Assembly (NCBI GenBank): GCA_045639065.1
Contig: JAZUCK010000003.1
Span: 31,900-95,899 of the forward strand
Reading direction: 5' to 3'
DNA from: Alphaproteobacteria bacterium
Lineage (GTDB): Bacteria > Pseudomonadota > Alphaproteobacteria > RF32 > CAG-239
Length of the DNA stretch: 64,000 nt
Both the position numbers and the translations under genes were made by a program. Shown one piece after another: positions 29,435 through 39,711 of the stretch. Within the stretch, counting starts at the first letter, position 1. Each line of letters opens with the position of its first letter. The notes below the pieces were generated by a model that saw only the letters and a program-made list of their open reading frames with translations, did not search any database and had not been told where the DNA came from.

Positions 29435-31039
29435 TTATTTTAAGTAGTTTAATAACGAGTTATTCAAGACATTGCTTATCACATTATATGATGCTTCCAA
29501 AGAGTTTTGAGCTTGTAGCAATTTAATAGTTGCTTCGGTTTGATCAACGTTTTTAATATCGTATATACTTTCTTCTAAATTACCTTGAACTGATTCTAAT
29601 GTTCCTTGTACATTGTCTAATGTAACATAATTTGATGATATTTTAGCAATTACTAAAGACAAAGTCTCATTTTTTCCTGAAGTCGCTTTACCATTATTAT
29701 CAAAAGCTGATTGTAAAATATCCATAGCTTCATTTACAATATCTTTAACTTCTTGTGCATTTGTAACATTACCTTCAGCATCTGTTTCTATGATGTTGCC
29801 CTGAGCTATCATACCCATTGCTCTAAACAATCTGTCAAATACCGTATCATTAGCACTTATGTCAAAAGTAATTTTTTGATTGTCAGAAACACGAAATGTT
29901 TCGGTTGCCGAACCACCTTGATAATAGCTTTCGGAGGTTAAGTTCCATTTACTTGATTGATCAAAACTCATCAGAGGCATTTTGTCCTTATCAGCAGTAA
30001 CAATCAATTTTCCGTCATCGGTTAATCTTACAACTTGCATAGGTGGAACTTCATCGTTTTTGACATCGCTAAAGTTAAGAACCGTTCCTTGTGCAAATGA
30101 AGTGCTTATGGTTACAGGTTTATTATCATACATACCATCAGTAAAATCTAATGTGTTTTCTACTGTAGTATCTTGAGTGAAAGTAACAGTCTTACCATCT
30201 GATGATACAGATTCAACAATAAATGATTTGGTTGTATTACCATAGTTTACAAGCAATGTATCACCGGCAGAAACGGCATTAAAAGCACCATACTTTTCGG
30301 CTCTTAGCGAATTATCATCTTTTGATAAAGTCATATTTCCGGTTGTATCAACACTTCCTACCACCGCAGTATCTAAAAAACTATCAGATGACAATATAAA
30401 TTCGTTTTCGACGGCTCCATCAGGATTGTTATACTTTGCGATAGTTAATTCACCGGAAGATTCCCAGTTTACTCCTCTACTTGAAAGATTTGCGTTTGAC
30501 GTTGTAGGATAACCTACATTTATACCATCATAATATTCTTGAAATGATGCTAAACTGTTAAACTTAAACTGTGTGGGAGCCGAGCTTGAACCAGCACCAA
30601 AGATATATTTACCGCCTACTGAAGAATTTAGAGCATCAGAAATAAATGACATTCCGGCATAAGCTGACATTTGAAGTTCGTTTAGGGCTGCGATAACGGT
30701 TTCACTCGCCGGTTTACCATTTTCAAGACCAGCAAATCCTGACAATGAATTATTTAGCTGGCTTTTGAATGAATAAGCATTATTTTCAATCTTATCCATA
30801 ACTGTAGACATTGCCGTAATCGTTGTTGTCAGCAAATTGTTATTTTCATAAAAATTTTGAGTAACCGATAAAGATGCTTCCATATTTACAATGTTTGAAG
30901 CACTCATGCCGTAACCACCGTAGTTTGCATATTTAATGCCGGTTGTTGCCTGATAACTTAAGATATCAGTTTTATTTTTTATATTCATTGTTTGCATTAA
31001 CAAACGATTGTAATTTGCATATGTAGGAACACGTACCAT
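29435..31039 (-). CDS. flgL: flagellar hook-associated protein 3 (FlgL, flagellin-like termini)
   Basis: ATTG.KY, LNS..GGKYIFG, C-terminal DQTEATIKL...LEASY...SLLNYL; follows flgK. Confidence 0.85.
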   Translation of the reverse strand: MVRVPTYANYNRLLMQTMNIKNKTDILSYQATTGIKYANYGGYGMSASNIVNMEASLSVTQNFYENNNLLTTTITAMSTVMDKIENNAYSFKSQLNNSLSGFAGLENGKPASETVIAALNELQMSAYAGMSFISDALNSSVGGKYIFGAGSSSAPTQFKFNSLASFQEYYDGINVGYPTTSNANLSSRGVNWESSGELTIAKYNNPDGAVENEFILSSDSFLDTAVVGSVDTTGNMTLSKDDNSLRAEKYGAFNAVSAGDTLLVNYGNTTKSFIVESVSSDGKTVTFTQDTTVENTLDFTDGMYDNKPVTISTSFAQGTVLNFSDVKNDEVPPMQVVRLTDDGKLIVTADKDKMPLMSFDQSSKWNLTSESYYQGGSATETFRVSDNQKITFDISANDTVFDRLFRAMGMIAQGNIIETDAEGNVTNAQEVKDIVNEAMDILQSAFDNNGKATSGKNETLSLVIAKISSNYVTLDNVQGTLESVQGNLEESIYDIKNVDQTEATIKLLQAQNSLEASYNVISNVLNNSLLNYLK

Positions 31040-31049
31040 TTTACTTCTC

Positions 31050-33224
31050 CTATACTAATCCGAGCAATATGTCTAAAATTTCTCTTGAAGCAGTAAATAC
31101 TTGCGCACAAGCGGCATATGATTGCTGGAATATAATCATTTGAGATAATTCTTCATCTAAGTCGATACCTGAAACCTGAGCTTCTTTATATGATATAGCT
31201 TCGGTTAAGGCACTTTGATATTCAAAGCTTGATTGTGAAGTTGCTGTTAAACTTGCCACATTACCGACAAATGTTGATGAATAGTTAGCAAGAGTTGTAA
31301 CAGTTTTTGCCATGTCACCGGCCTGATTAAACACCTGTGATGAGGTAAATACATCAGCTAACTTATTTGCTATGTTGTTGGTTGCTGCATTGATTGTAAA
31401 TCTGCCTTTGGTTACATCAAAGTCAGGGCTTCCGCAAGCAATAAGGTTGGCATTTTGAGTAATATTTTCCCTAACCTTAATAGCCGTAGCATCTCCGCAA
31501 CTTGATGGCGATAACTCTAATTTTGAGATAATTCCTTTATCAATATTACTTTCCGATAGTTCTAATTGCGCACCTTCCATGCTCTCAATTCTGAGCATAT
31601 AGCCATCTCCGTTTGAAATAAGCGAAGCTTTTATATGGGTGTTTAATTCCGTATTTTGGTTGATAAGGTTAGCAATATCTTTGATAGTCATAGATTTGCT
31701 AATGTCTATTGAACCATAATCAAATCCGTTAACACTATCAGAAAAACTTAGTGTCGTATCAACGCCAACAGCTGACTTATCGCTTAAAACTTTTGAGTCG
31801 TAAATAAAGTCATTTTTGTCAGTTACAAAAAAGTCATTGAGACCAAAGAATGAAGCATATCCTTGCGCTGTTTGGTCGTATGTGCCATCACCGTTAACAT
31901 CAAAACTTAAAACCACATCTTGTTGGCCGGAACCGGCATTTGAAGTAGCTTCATCCATAATAGCTAAGGTATATCTGCTGTCTTCGGTTGAGATTTCTAA
32001 TTTACCATCGGCATTAATTTTGGCAATTGCACCTGTTAAACCAATTTCATCTCGCATCCATGTTTGGATTTTAGAAGTCATATCATCTAATGATCCTTCG
32101 GAAAATCCCATTGTTGCTTTGAGTGCACCGCTTTCTACCTGATTACCGTTTTCATCAAAGATGATAAATCTGACGTCGCCACTGTCAATTCTGATATTTT
32201 GACTGTATGCACCGGTTGCTTTATCAGCAATAAATGTCGAGGTACCGGTCATTTGATAGGGCATATTAGGAAATGCAGTACCTTGGTTGTGAACGGCATT
32301 TATTTGGTCAATCAAGACTTTTGACATTTCATCTAATTGGCTTTGTAATGAGGTTAGTGTATTATCTCTAATCTCTATAGCTCCGCCCATTGAACCACCG
32401 CTTATTTTTTTGGTAATATCTTTACCATCTACAAAAATACCCTGAACATTACCACTGTCGTAAGAATTTGCTGCCGAAACTTTTGCCAATGCTGAGTGAG
32501 ATAATTCATGAACCTCGTTATCGAGTAATATTACACCGGAAGGAGTTTGAACGACCACCGCTCCTGTATCTCGGGTATAATAAGTAATATCCATGATAGA
32601 ACTAAGTTCGCGTAAAGCACTATCTCTTTGATCTTGAAGGTTGGCAACACCATCTCTTTTCATAACTGAGTATTTAACAATCTCAGTATTTAACTCATTG
32701 ATACTTTTTAGAAGTGTATTTACTTTTGCCACATCATCTTTAACTTGCATATCAGCATCGCCACGTATGGTTTGGATATTATCAGAAAGATAATTTAACT
32801 TATCGGTCAATGCCTGAGCATTAGTTAGCAATTGATAACGAGATGCAGCTGATGATACTGTAGTTGAAAATGTTTCAAATGCACTTTGCAAATTTCCGAC
32901 ATTAGCGGCTAATGAGTTACCCTGCTCTGTCGTTCCCATAATATTATCTAAACGACTCATATAATTATATTGAGCAGATAATGATGAGGTTGTTGCATTA
33001 GATGTTAAAAAGTTTTTGAGTAAAGATTCATCAACTACTCTGCCGGTATTTCCGATTGTAACACCCATGGTTTGTCCTGACGCAACCAATGCTGATTGGG
33101 CTGCTGTTTTTCTGGTATAACCTTCGGTGTCAACATTAGCAATGTTGTTGCTTATAATCTCAAGTTGAGCTTGAGCAACTTTCATACCCGTTAAGGAACT
33201 TGATAAACTTGATATTAACGCCAT
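31050..33224 (-). CDS. flgK: flagellar hook-associated protein 1
   Basis: SNNIANVDTEGYTRK, LQDQRD, SGIDLDEELSQMIIFQQSYAA. Confidence 0.95.
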   Translation of the reverse strand: MALISSLSSSLTGMKVAQAQLEIISNNIANVDTEGYTRKTAAQSALVASGQTMGVTIGNTGRVVDESLLKNFLTSNATTSSLSAQYNYMSRLDNIMGTTEQGNSLAANVGNLQSAFETFSTTVSSAASRYQLLTNAQALTDKLNYLSDNIQTIRGDADMQVKDDVAKVNTLLKSINELNTEIVKYSVMKRDGVANLQDQRDSALRELSSIMDITYYTRDTGAVVVQTPSGVILLDNEVHELSHSALAKVSAANSYDSGNVQGIFVDGKDITKKISGGSMGGAIEIRDNTLTSLQSQLDEMSKVLIDQINAVHNQGTAFPNMPYQMTGTSTFIADKATGAYSQNIRIDSGDVRFIIFDENGNQVESGALKATMGFSEGSLDDMTSKIQTWMRDEIGLTGAIAKINADGKLEISTEDSRYTLAIMDEATSNAGSGQQDVVLSFDVNGDGTYDQTAQGYASFFGLNDFFVTDKNDFIYDSKVLSDKSAVGVDTTLSFSDSVNGFDYGSIDISKSMTIKDIANLINQNTELNTHIKASLISNGDGYMLRIESMEGAQLELSESNIDKGIISKLELSPSSCGDATAIKVRENITQNANLIACGSPDFDVTKGRFTINAATNNIANKLADVFTSSQVFNQAGDMAKTVTTLANYSSTFVGNVASLTATSQSSFEYQSALTEAISYKEAQVSGIDLDEELSQMIIFQQSYAACAQVFTASREILDILLGLV

Positions 33225-33235
33225 AACACTTCTCC

Positions 33236-33688
33236 TTATAATGTCCTGTTAAACGCTAAAGCGTTATGATTATTGTCAAGCGGAGTATATCTTCCTTGAG
33301 CTCCGTATGATGTTGCAAAGGTATTATTGGCAACTTTGGCTATGTTAATAAAGCTGTCCATTATTTTTTTGCCGGCTTCCATACGAGTCTTTAACAATAG
33401 CTCATTGTTTTTTAAACAAGCATCTAATTCTTTTGATAACTCTTTTAGTTCATCTTTAGAAGTATCATTAAATGATGACACTAATTCAGAATTTTTGATA
33501 AAATAAGCACTCATTGAACGATATGCTGCAATAGTTTTCAGCTTTTGTTCATAAAGAGCTTTTACGGTTTTTACGTCATTTACTTTCAAAGCCGCGTTTT
33601 CTTTTGTAATAACATCTATAAAACCGGTTACTATTTGCTTCATTATATCTATTTTTGCAAGTATCTCGTTTATTTGGTTTTCTTCCAT
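33236..33688 (-). CDS. FlgN-like flagellar export chaperone
   Basis: Helical 150 aa protein with EN..L and late Y...G motifs, between flgJ and flgK. Confidence 0.65.
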   Translation of the reverse strand: MEENQINEILAKIDIMKQIVTGFIDVITKENAALKVNDVKTVKALYEQKLKTIAAYRSMSAYFIKNSELVSSFNDTSKDELKELSKELDACLKNNELLLKTRMEAGKKIMDSFINIAKVANNTFATSYGAQGRYTPLDNNHNALAFNRTL

Positions 33689-33698
33689 GATAGGTCTC

Positions 33699-34019
33699 CT
33701 ATATATTTAGAGTTTCTTCCATAGATGCAGATTCTTGCATCTGTAAAATTGCTTGCATAACATAGTCTTTTACGCCTACTGTTCCCAACTTGGCCATTTC
33801 TTTGCCATATTCATCTAAAAGAAGTGAGCGATATATTTTTTCGGCATGACCTCCGCCAAACATACCATCTGTTGAAACACCTTCAAACATACTTTCCATC
33901 ATTCTGCTTAAGAAAAATGCTTCAAAGCTTTCAGCACTCTCTTTAGCTCTATTCATATCCAACACCGGTTGTTTGGAGTTTATTAAAGGAGTTATATTAT
34001 TTGAAATCATATTTTCCAT
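33699..34019 (-). CDS. flgJ: rod-binding protein FlgJ (no muramidase domain)
   Basis: AESFEAFF, GMFGGGHAEKIYRSLL.DEY. Confidence 0.9.
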   Translation of the reverse strand: MENMISNNITPLINSKQPVLDMNRAKESAESFEAFFLSRMMESMFEGVSTDGMFGGGHAEKIYRSLLLDEYGKEMAKLGTVGVKDYVMQAILQMQESASMEETLNI

Positions 34020-34031
34020 TGTATTTCTCCT

Positions 34032-35162
34032 TTAGATAACTTCTATTTCGGCTTGAAGAGCACCACTTGCCTTTATGGCTTGAAGTATACTGATTAAATC
34101 ACGAGGTGTTACCCCTAAGGCATTTAGACCGTCAACCAACTCTTGTAAATTGATACCGGTATCCAATACTTTCATTTTTGCATCTGTTTCTTCTTCAATA
34201 TCAACAAGATTGGTATCAACTACGATTTGCTCTCCCAATGTAAATGGTTCAGGCTGAGAAACCAAAGGAATATCTGTTATTTTAATGGTTAAATTGCCTT
34301 GAGCTATAGCCAAACGATTTATTTTTACATCTTTACCGATAACAACAATTCCGGTGGACTCGTCAATTACAACTTTGGCTACGGTATCCGGTTGAATCTT
34401 AAGTTGTTCAACTTTGGTCATCAAATCAACGACATTATCTTGATATTGGCTGGGAATAGTCATTGTAACCGTTCCCGGATCAATTGATTTAGCAATCGGA
34501 GTTCCAATCATGGCATTGATAGCATCGGCAATACGACGAGATGTTGTAAAATCAGGATTACGAAGAGCAATATTCATTGTTTCCAAAGAATTGAGCTTAA
34601 AAGGAATCTCTCTTTCGATAATAGCACCGCTGGCAATTCTTCCTGAGGTTGGAACACCTTTTAATACCGAAGAACCTTCGGCTTGGTTACCGGCGGCAAC
34701 AGCACCGGTTGCAACCGTACCTTGAGCAACGGCATAAACTTCGCCATCTGCACCTTTTAAGGGGGTAGCAATCAAAGTACCGCCAAGTAAGTTTTTGGCA
34801 TCACCCAATGCTGATACGGTAACATCTATACGAGAACCTTGGCGGGAAAACGCCGGAAGATTGGCTGTTACCATAACGGCAGCCACATTTTTGGCCTTGA
34901 TTTGACCGTCACGAGCATTTACACCAACTGCGTCGAGCATTGAAATTAAGCTTTCTTTGGCAAAATCTACCGATTTGATATTATCACCGGTACCGTTTAA
35001 GCCCACTATCAAGCCATATCCGATAAGTTGGTTGTCTCTAACACCTTCAAAATCGGCAATATCTTTTATTCTTGATACGGCAAAACAAGCATCTGCCTTA
35101 AAAATTGACGCACTCAAAATTGCCACAAAAGCCAAGTTTTTCAATACATTATTAAGTTTCAT
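34032..35162 (-). CDS. flgI: flagellar P-ring protein
   Basis: SRIKDIADFEGVRDNQLIGYGLIVGLNGTGD, ILQAIKASGALQAE; the ATG at 35162 gives a signal peptide. Confidence 0.96.
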   Translation of the reverse strand: MKLNNVLKNLAFVAILSASIFKADACFAVSRIKDIADFEGVRDNQLIGYGLIVGLNGTGDNIKSVDFAKESLISMLDAVGVNARDGQIKAKNVAAVMVTANLPAFSRQGSRIDVTVSALGDAKNLLGGTLIATPLKGADGEVYAVAQGTVATGAVAAGNQAEGSSVLKGVPTSGRIASGAIIEREIPFKLNSLETMNIALRNPDFTTSRRIADAINAMIGTPIAKSIDPGTVTMTIPSQYQDNVVDLMTKVEQLKIQPDTVAKVVIDESTGIVVIGKDVKINRLAIAQGNLTIKITDIPLVSQPEPFTLGEQIVVDTNLVDIEEETDAKMKVLDTGINLQELVDGLNALGVTPRDLISILQAIKASGALQAEIEVI

Positions 35163-35207
35163 ATCACATTTTCCCAATAAATTGTATGGTTCTTCTCTAA
35201 TGTGATA

Positions 35208-35224
35208 TGCAATTATTGTGCCAA
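35208..35224 (-). promoter_or_regulatory. sigma-54 (-24/-12) promoter of the flgI-flgJ-flgN-flgK-flgL operon
   Basis: Minus strand TTGGCAC-AATAA-TTGCA, a perfect match to TTGGCAC-N5-TTGC(A/T), about 45 nt upstream of the flgI ATG. Confidence 0.88.
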
Positions 35225-35241
35225 TTTTATATATTCCAAAA

Positions 35242-35267
35242 TTAAAGCCTCTTTTCAGAGGCTTTAA
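35242..35267 (-). terminator. terminator after the RND transporter
   Basis: TTAAAGCCTCT-TTTC-AGAGGCTTTAA hairpin immediately after the stop. Confidence 0.7.
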
Positions 35268-35270
35268 CAT

Positions 35271-38200
35271 TTATTTTTTCTTCTTATCAAATATTTCACC
35301 AATTATGGCAAACATCATCGGTACAAATAGCGTCGCCACAAAGGTTGATAATATCATACCGCCAATCATACCTGTTCCGATTGAATGACGGCTACCGGCA
35401 CCGGCTCCTGTCGAAATAGCCAATGGCAATACGCCAAATGTAAAGGCTAACGAAGTCATAACAATCGGACGAAAACGTAATTTGGCTGCTTCTAGTGCGG
35501 CTTGAGCATACGTCAGCCCCTCACTTACCTTAACCACCGCAAACTCAACAATCAAAATAGCGTTTTTAGCGGCCAAACCGATTAAGGTTACAAGACCAAC
35601 TTGGAAATATAAGTCATTATCAAGACCACGCATCCAAATTGCCAACAACGCACCTAATACGGCAAATGGTACCGACAAAATTACAACAATAGGAAGTGAC
35701 CATTTTTCGTATTGAGCCGACAAAATAAGGAATATCATTATCAGGCCGAAGATAAAGGCTTGGCTGGAGGTTCCTTTAGATATTTTTTCCTGATATGCCG
35801 AACCCACCCAAGCAAGAGAGTAATCATTACCCAAAACCTTTTGAGCAACCTCCTCCATTGCTTGAATTGCCTGACCTGATGAATAACCGTAAGCAGGATC
35901 GCCCATAACTTTAGCTGCGGGGAAAATGTTAAAGCGGTTTATCAATTCCGGTCCGGTAACTCTTTCTACCGTAATGAGTGTTGATAAAGGCACTAACGTT
36001 CCATCGTTTGATTTTACATATACATAGCGCAAATCATCAGGAGTGCGACGATATTTGGCTTCGGATTGAACCGTAACCCTAAAATTACGTCCCATATAGG
36101 TAAAGTCATTTACATAAACATTACCGAATGTTGATTGCATTACCGCATAAATTGAGTTAATCGAAACATTTAAGGCTCGAGCTTTTTCTCTATCTAAATC
36201 TATACGATATTGCGGTGTCGATACCGAAAATGTGGTACGAACATTGGCAAGTTCAGGTCTCTTAAGTGTTTCTGATATAAACTCGTTGGTCTTAGCCATT
36301 AACTCTTGTGGTGTTTTTCCGGCTCTGTTTTGAATATAACCTTCAAAACCTCCGGCGGTACTCATACCGATAATCGGCGGCATTGAAAAAGCATAACCGA
36401 TACCTTCGGGTTGGCTTAGGCCCATTCCGGTAAACAACTTAGACAAACTGTCTGCCGATTGAGCATTTTCTTTACGCATAGCCCAATCTTTCAGGATAAT
36501 AAAGCTGATACCTGAATAGGTATTTTGGCTTCCTGATAACATATTATAACCGTTAATAGTCAAAACATCGGTAACATTGTCATTTGCCTTTATCATCTCA
36601 CTTACTTTACCGGTAAATTTCTCGGTACGCGGTAACGATGAAGCTTCAGGCATATTATAAGCCATAAGCAAATTACCTTGGTCTTCGTTAGGAACCAAAC
36701 CGGAAGGAATTATACCAAACAGTAACACGATTGAGGCTACCACACCTAAGAAGCCCAAGACTGCAGTTTTGCGGTATTGCAAACAGAATCTTACGCCATA
36801 CAGATACCAATCGGTAAGCTTATCAAAAGCCTTGTTAAACCATTTGAAAAAGCCTTTCGGTTCGTGATGTTGATCCTTGATAATTAAAGCACATAATGAC
36901 GGAGTTAAGGTTAAAGCGACAAGAGCGGAAATAATTACCGAAACGGCAATAGTAACCGAAAATTGTTTATACATAACGCCGGTCATACCACCCAAAAAGG
37001 CAATAGGCAAAAACACGGCTGATAATACTAATGCTACAGCAACAACCGGTCCTGAAACTTCTTGCATGGCTTTTATAGCAGCATCTTTCGGCGATAAGCC
37101 TTCTTCTTTCATAATACGCTCGACGTTTTCAAGCACGATAATAGCGTCATCCACTACAATACCGATTGCTAAAATCAATCCGAACAAAGTCAATAGGTTT
37201 ATTGAAAAGCCCAAAACATACATACCGGCAAAAGCACCAATGATTGATACGGGTACGGCTAAAATCGGGATAATTGTTGCACGCATATTCTGTAAGAACA
37301 AATATACCACAATAATTACCAAAACCACCGCTTCGAAGAAGGTATGGATAACTTCTTCAATCGAAACGTTTACGAATACGGTTGTATCGTAGGGAATTTC
37401 ATAAGTAATTCCTTCGGGAAAACGCTTTGAAAGCTCTTCCATAGTCTTGTTAATCTGAGCAGCGGTTTCTAAAGCATTGGCTCCCGGTTGTAAGTAAACG
37501 GCAAAAGCAACAGCTTCTTCACCGTTAAAAGTTGAAGAAATACTGTAATCTTGAGCACCAAGTTCAATTTTGGCAACATCTTTTAAGCGCAGTGTACTTC
37601 CTTGTGCATCGCTTTTTAAGATGATGTCACCAAATTCTTTTTCATCAACTAAACGACCTTTGGTATTTACCGAATAGGTATAAGGTTGATATTCATCCAT
37701 AGGCTCTTGACCAAATTGACCGGCGGCAAATTGAGAGTTTTGTTCCTGAATTGCCGAAATAACATCTTGAGGTGTCAAATTATATTCAGCCAATCTGTCC
37801 GGAGTCAGCCATATGCGCATTGAATAATCGGCGGAACCAAACATAGAAGCACTACCAACACCATTTATTCTTTTAATCTCGTCCAAAACATTTAATAGCG
37901 CATAGTTTGATACATAAACCGTATCATACTTCGGGGTATTTGAACGCATGGTAATAACTTGCAAAATTGAATTTGATTTTTGCTCAACGGTCACACCTTG
38001 TTTGGTAACTTCGGACGGTAATTTATTAGTTGCAGCCTGAACTTTGTTGTTTACATCAATGGTTGCCTGATCGGGGTCGGTACCAATGTCAAATACGGCG
38101 CCAATGGTCAAATATCCGCTTGAAGTGGCATTTGAATACATATAAATCATATTTTTAACACCGTTAAGCTCTTGTTCTATCGGGGCTGCGACGGTATCGG

Positions 38201-38375
38201 CCAAAACCTCGGCAGTTGCGCCGGGATAAACAGCAGAAATTTGAATTTCGGTAGGAACAATATTAGGATATTGTTCAACAGGTAATACCTTCATCGAAAC
38301 AAGACCGGCCAACAAGATAATCAAGGAAATAACTGTTGAAAATATTGGTCTTTCTATAAAAAACTTTGAAAACAT
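35271..38375 (-). CDS. RND efflux transporter permease (HAE1/AcrB family)
   Basis: [41 protein letters not shown]. Confidence 0.96.
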   Translation of the reverse strand: MFSKFFIERPIFSTVISLIILLAGLVSMKVLPVEQYPNIVPTEIQISAVYPGATAEVLADTVAAPIEQELNGVKNMIYMYSNATSSGYLTIGAVFDIGTDPDQATIDVNNKVQAATNKLPSEVTKQGVTVEQKSNSILQVITMRSNTPKYDTVYVSNYALLNVLDEIKRINGVGSASMFGSADYSMRIWLTPDRLAEYNLTPQDVISAIQEQNSQFAAGQFGQEPMDEYQPYTYSVNTKGRLVDEKEFGDIILKSDAQGSTLRLKDVAKIELGAQDYSISSTFNGEEAVAFAVYLQPGANALETAAQINKTMEELSKRFPEGITYEIPYDTTVFVNVSIEEVIHTFFEAVVLVIIVVYLFLQNMRATIIPILAVPVSIIGAFAGMYVLGFSINLLTLFGLILAIGIVVDDAIIVLENVERIMKEEGLSPKDAAIKAMQEVSGPVVAVALVLSAVFLPIAFLGGMTGVMYKQFSVTIAVSVIISALVALTLTPSLCALIIKDQHHEPKGFFKWFNKAFDKLTDWYLYGVRFCLQYRKTAVLGFLGVVASIVLLFGIIPSGLVPNEDQGNLLMAYNMPEASSLPRTEKFTGKVSEMIKANDNVTDVLTINGYNMLSGSQNTYSGISFIILKDWAMRKENAQSADSLSKLFTGMGLSQPEGIGYAFSMPPIIGMSTAGGFEGYIQNRAGKTPQELMAKTNEFISETLKRPELANVRTTFSVSTPQYRIDLDREKARALNVSINSIYAVMQSTFGNVYVNDFTYMGRNFRVTVQSEAKYRRTPDDLRYVYVKSNDGTLVPLSTLITVERVTGPELINRFNIFPAAKVMGDPAYGYSSGQAIQAMEEVAQKVLGNDYSLAWVGSAYQEKISKGTSSQAFIFGLIMIFLILSAQYEKWSLPIVVILSVPFAVLGALLAIWMRGLDNDLYFQVGLVTLIGLAAKNAILIVEFAVVKVSEGLTYAQAALEAAKLRFRPIVMTSLAFTFGVLPLAISTGAGAGSRHSIGTGMIGGMILSTFVATLFVPMMFAIIGEIFDKKKK

Positions 38376-38389
38376 AGTTTATTCCTTTA

Positions 38390-39529
38390 TTATTTTTCAG
38401 TGGCAACAACAGGGTTTACGACCATTCCTTGACGAAGCTTAAGCAAGCTGTTTAAGATAATTTTATCGCCAGATTTAAGTCCCTCGTCGATAATCCATTT
38501 ACCGTCCTGTGTCGTAAGTCCTGTTTTTACAGTTGCCAGTTCTACTTCGTTCTTATCATTTACGCGATATACATAAGAACCTCCGGCTTCCTGCATAACA
38601 GATTCCTTAGGAATGGCTACTGCATTAAGGCGAGTCAAACCACCCATGTTCAAACGTAAAAATTGTCCGGGTCTTACTATACCTTCAGGGTTAGGAAATA
38701 CTGCTCTTAGTTTAACTGTTCCGGTTGCCTCATCAATTGTAGGGTTGATAAAGTTTATTGTACCGTCGCGGTCATAAATTCTGTTGTCGCTAAATTTTAT
38801 CTTAGCTACAACCTCTGTTTTATTTTCAGGATTTTTTATCAAGCCTTTTTCGGTCATATTTCTAAATGAAATAAGCTCATTTTCGGATAAAGAGAATATT
38901 ACGTAAATCGGGTCAACTTGCACAATTTTTGTGAGAATACCTGTTGCAGAAATAAGACTTCCTTCAGATTGTGCCTCCATGCTGGTAATACCGCTAATCG
39001 GTGCAGTAACCGTTGTATAGTCAAGGTTAAGTTTTGCGGTATCAACTTCGGCTTGAGCAAGTTGAACAGCAGCATTTAAGGACTCCATATTAGCTAAGGC
39101 TTCATCTTTAGTTTTGGCTGATGCAAATCCTTCCTTAAACAACTCTTCGGTTCGCTTCCATTGAGTTTTGGCATTGGTGTATTGAGCTTTTGCTTGAGCG
39201 AGCTGTGCATTAGCCTGATTTAATGCTAACTCATAAGGTTTCGGATCAATTTGAAACAAAACACTTCCTTCTTCAACTTTTGCACCTTCAATATAGTTGC
39301 GTTTTAACAGGATACCTGAAACTTGAGCTCTGATTTCAGTTTCTTTAGATCCCTGAGCTCTGGCAGAAAACTCAAAATTGAGCGGAATATCTTCCGACTT
39401 TAATTCTAAAACGCTGACATCTTGGGGTTTGTTTGCCATGGCATTTTGTTCACCGCCCCTTTTGCATGCGCTAAGTGCTAAAATAACAGAACATAATGTA
39501 AGTAATTTGTTAAAAAAAGACATTGTCAT
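38390..39529 (-). CDS. RND periplasmic adaptor (AcrA-like lipoprotein)
   Basis: LSAC lipobox, EIRAQVSG, LFQIDP, APISG, FPNP. Confidence 0.93.
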   Translation of the reverse strand: MTMSFFNKLLTLCSVILALSACKRGGEQNAMANKPQDVSVLELKSEDIPLNFEFSARAQGSKETEIRAQVSGILLKRNYIEGAKVEEGSVLFQIDPKPYELALNQANAQLAQAKAQYTNAKTQWKRTEELFKEGFASAKTKDEALANMESLNAAVQLAQAEVDTAKLNLDYTTVTAPISGITSMEAQSEGSLISATGILTKIVQVDPIYVIFSLSENELISFRNMTEKGLIKNPENKTEVVAKIKFSDNRIYDRDGTINFINPTIDEATGTVKLRAVFPNPEGIVRPGQFLRLNMGGLTRLNAVAIPKESVMQEAGGSYVYRVNDKNEVELATVKTGLTTQDGKWIIDEGLKSGDKIILNSLLKLRQGMVVNPVVATEK

Positions 39530-39711
39530 TCTCTCCGAAAAAAATAAAAAATCTGAGTTTTAGGTTAATTTGCTCAACAAAAAAAATCTATTATTTTTTA
39601 TTAAAATTATCGCTTTGTGGATATTTATGAACATTTTTATATTGAAACTTGACAAAATTTGTGATAAATTGCTAACGACAATTTCAATTATTAACTATAA
39701 ACCATTATAAT

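Noticed and set aside
33699-34019. Short FlgJ as a truncated pseudogene
   Set aside because: Single-domain FlgJ without muramidase is normal in Alphaproteobacteria
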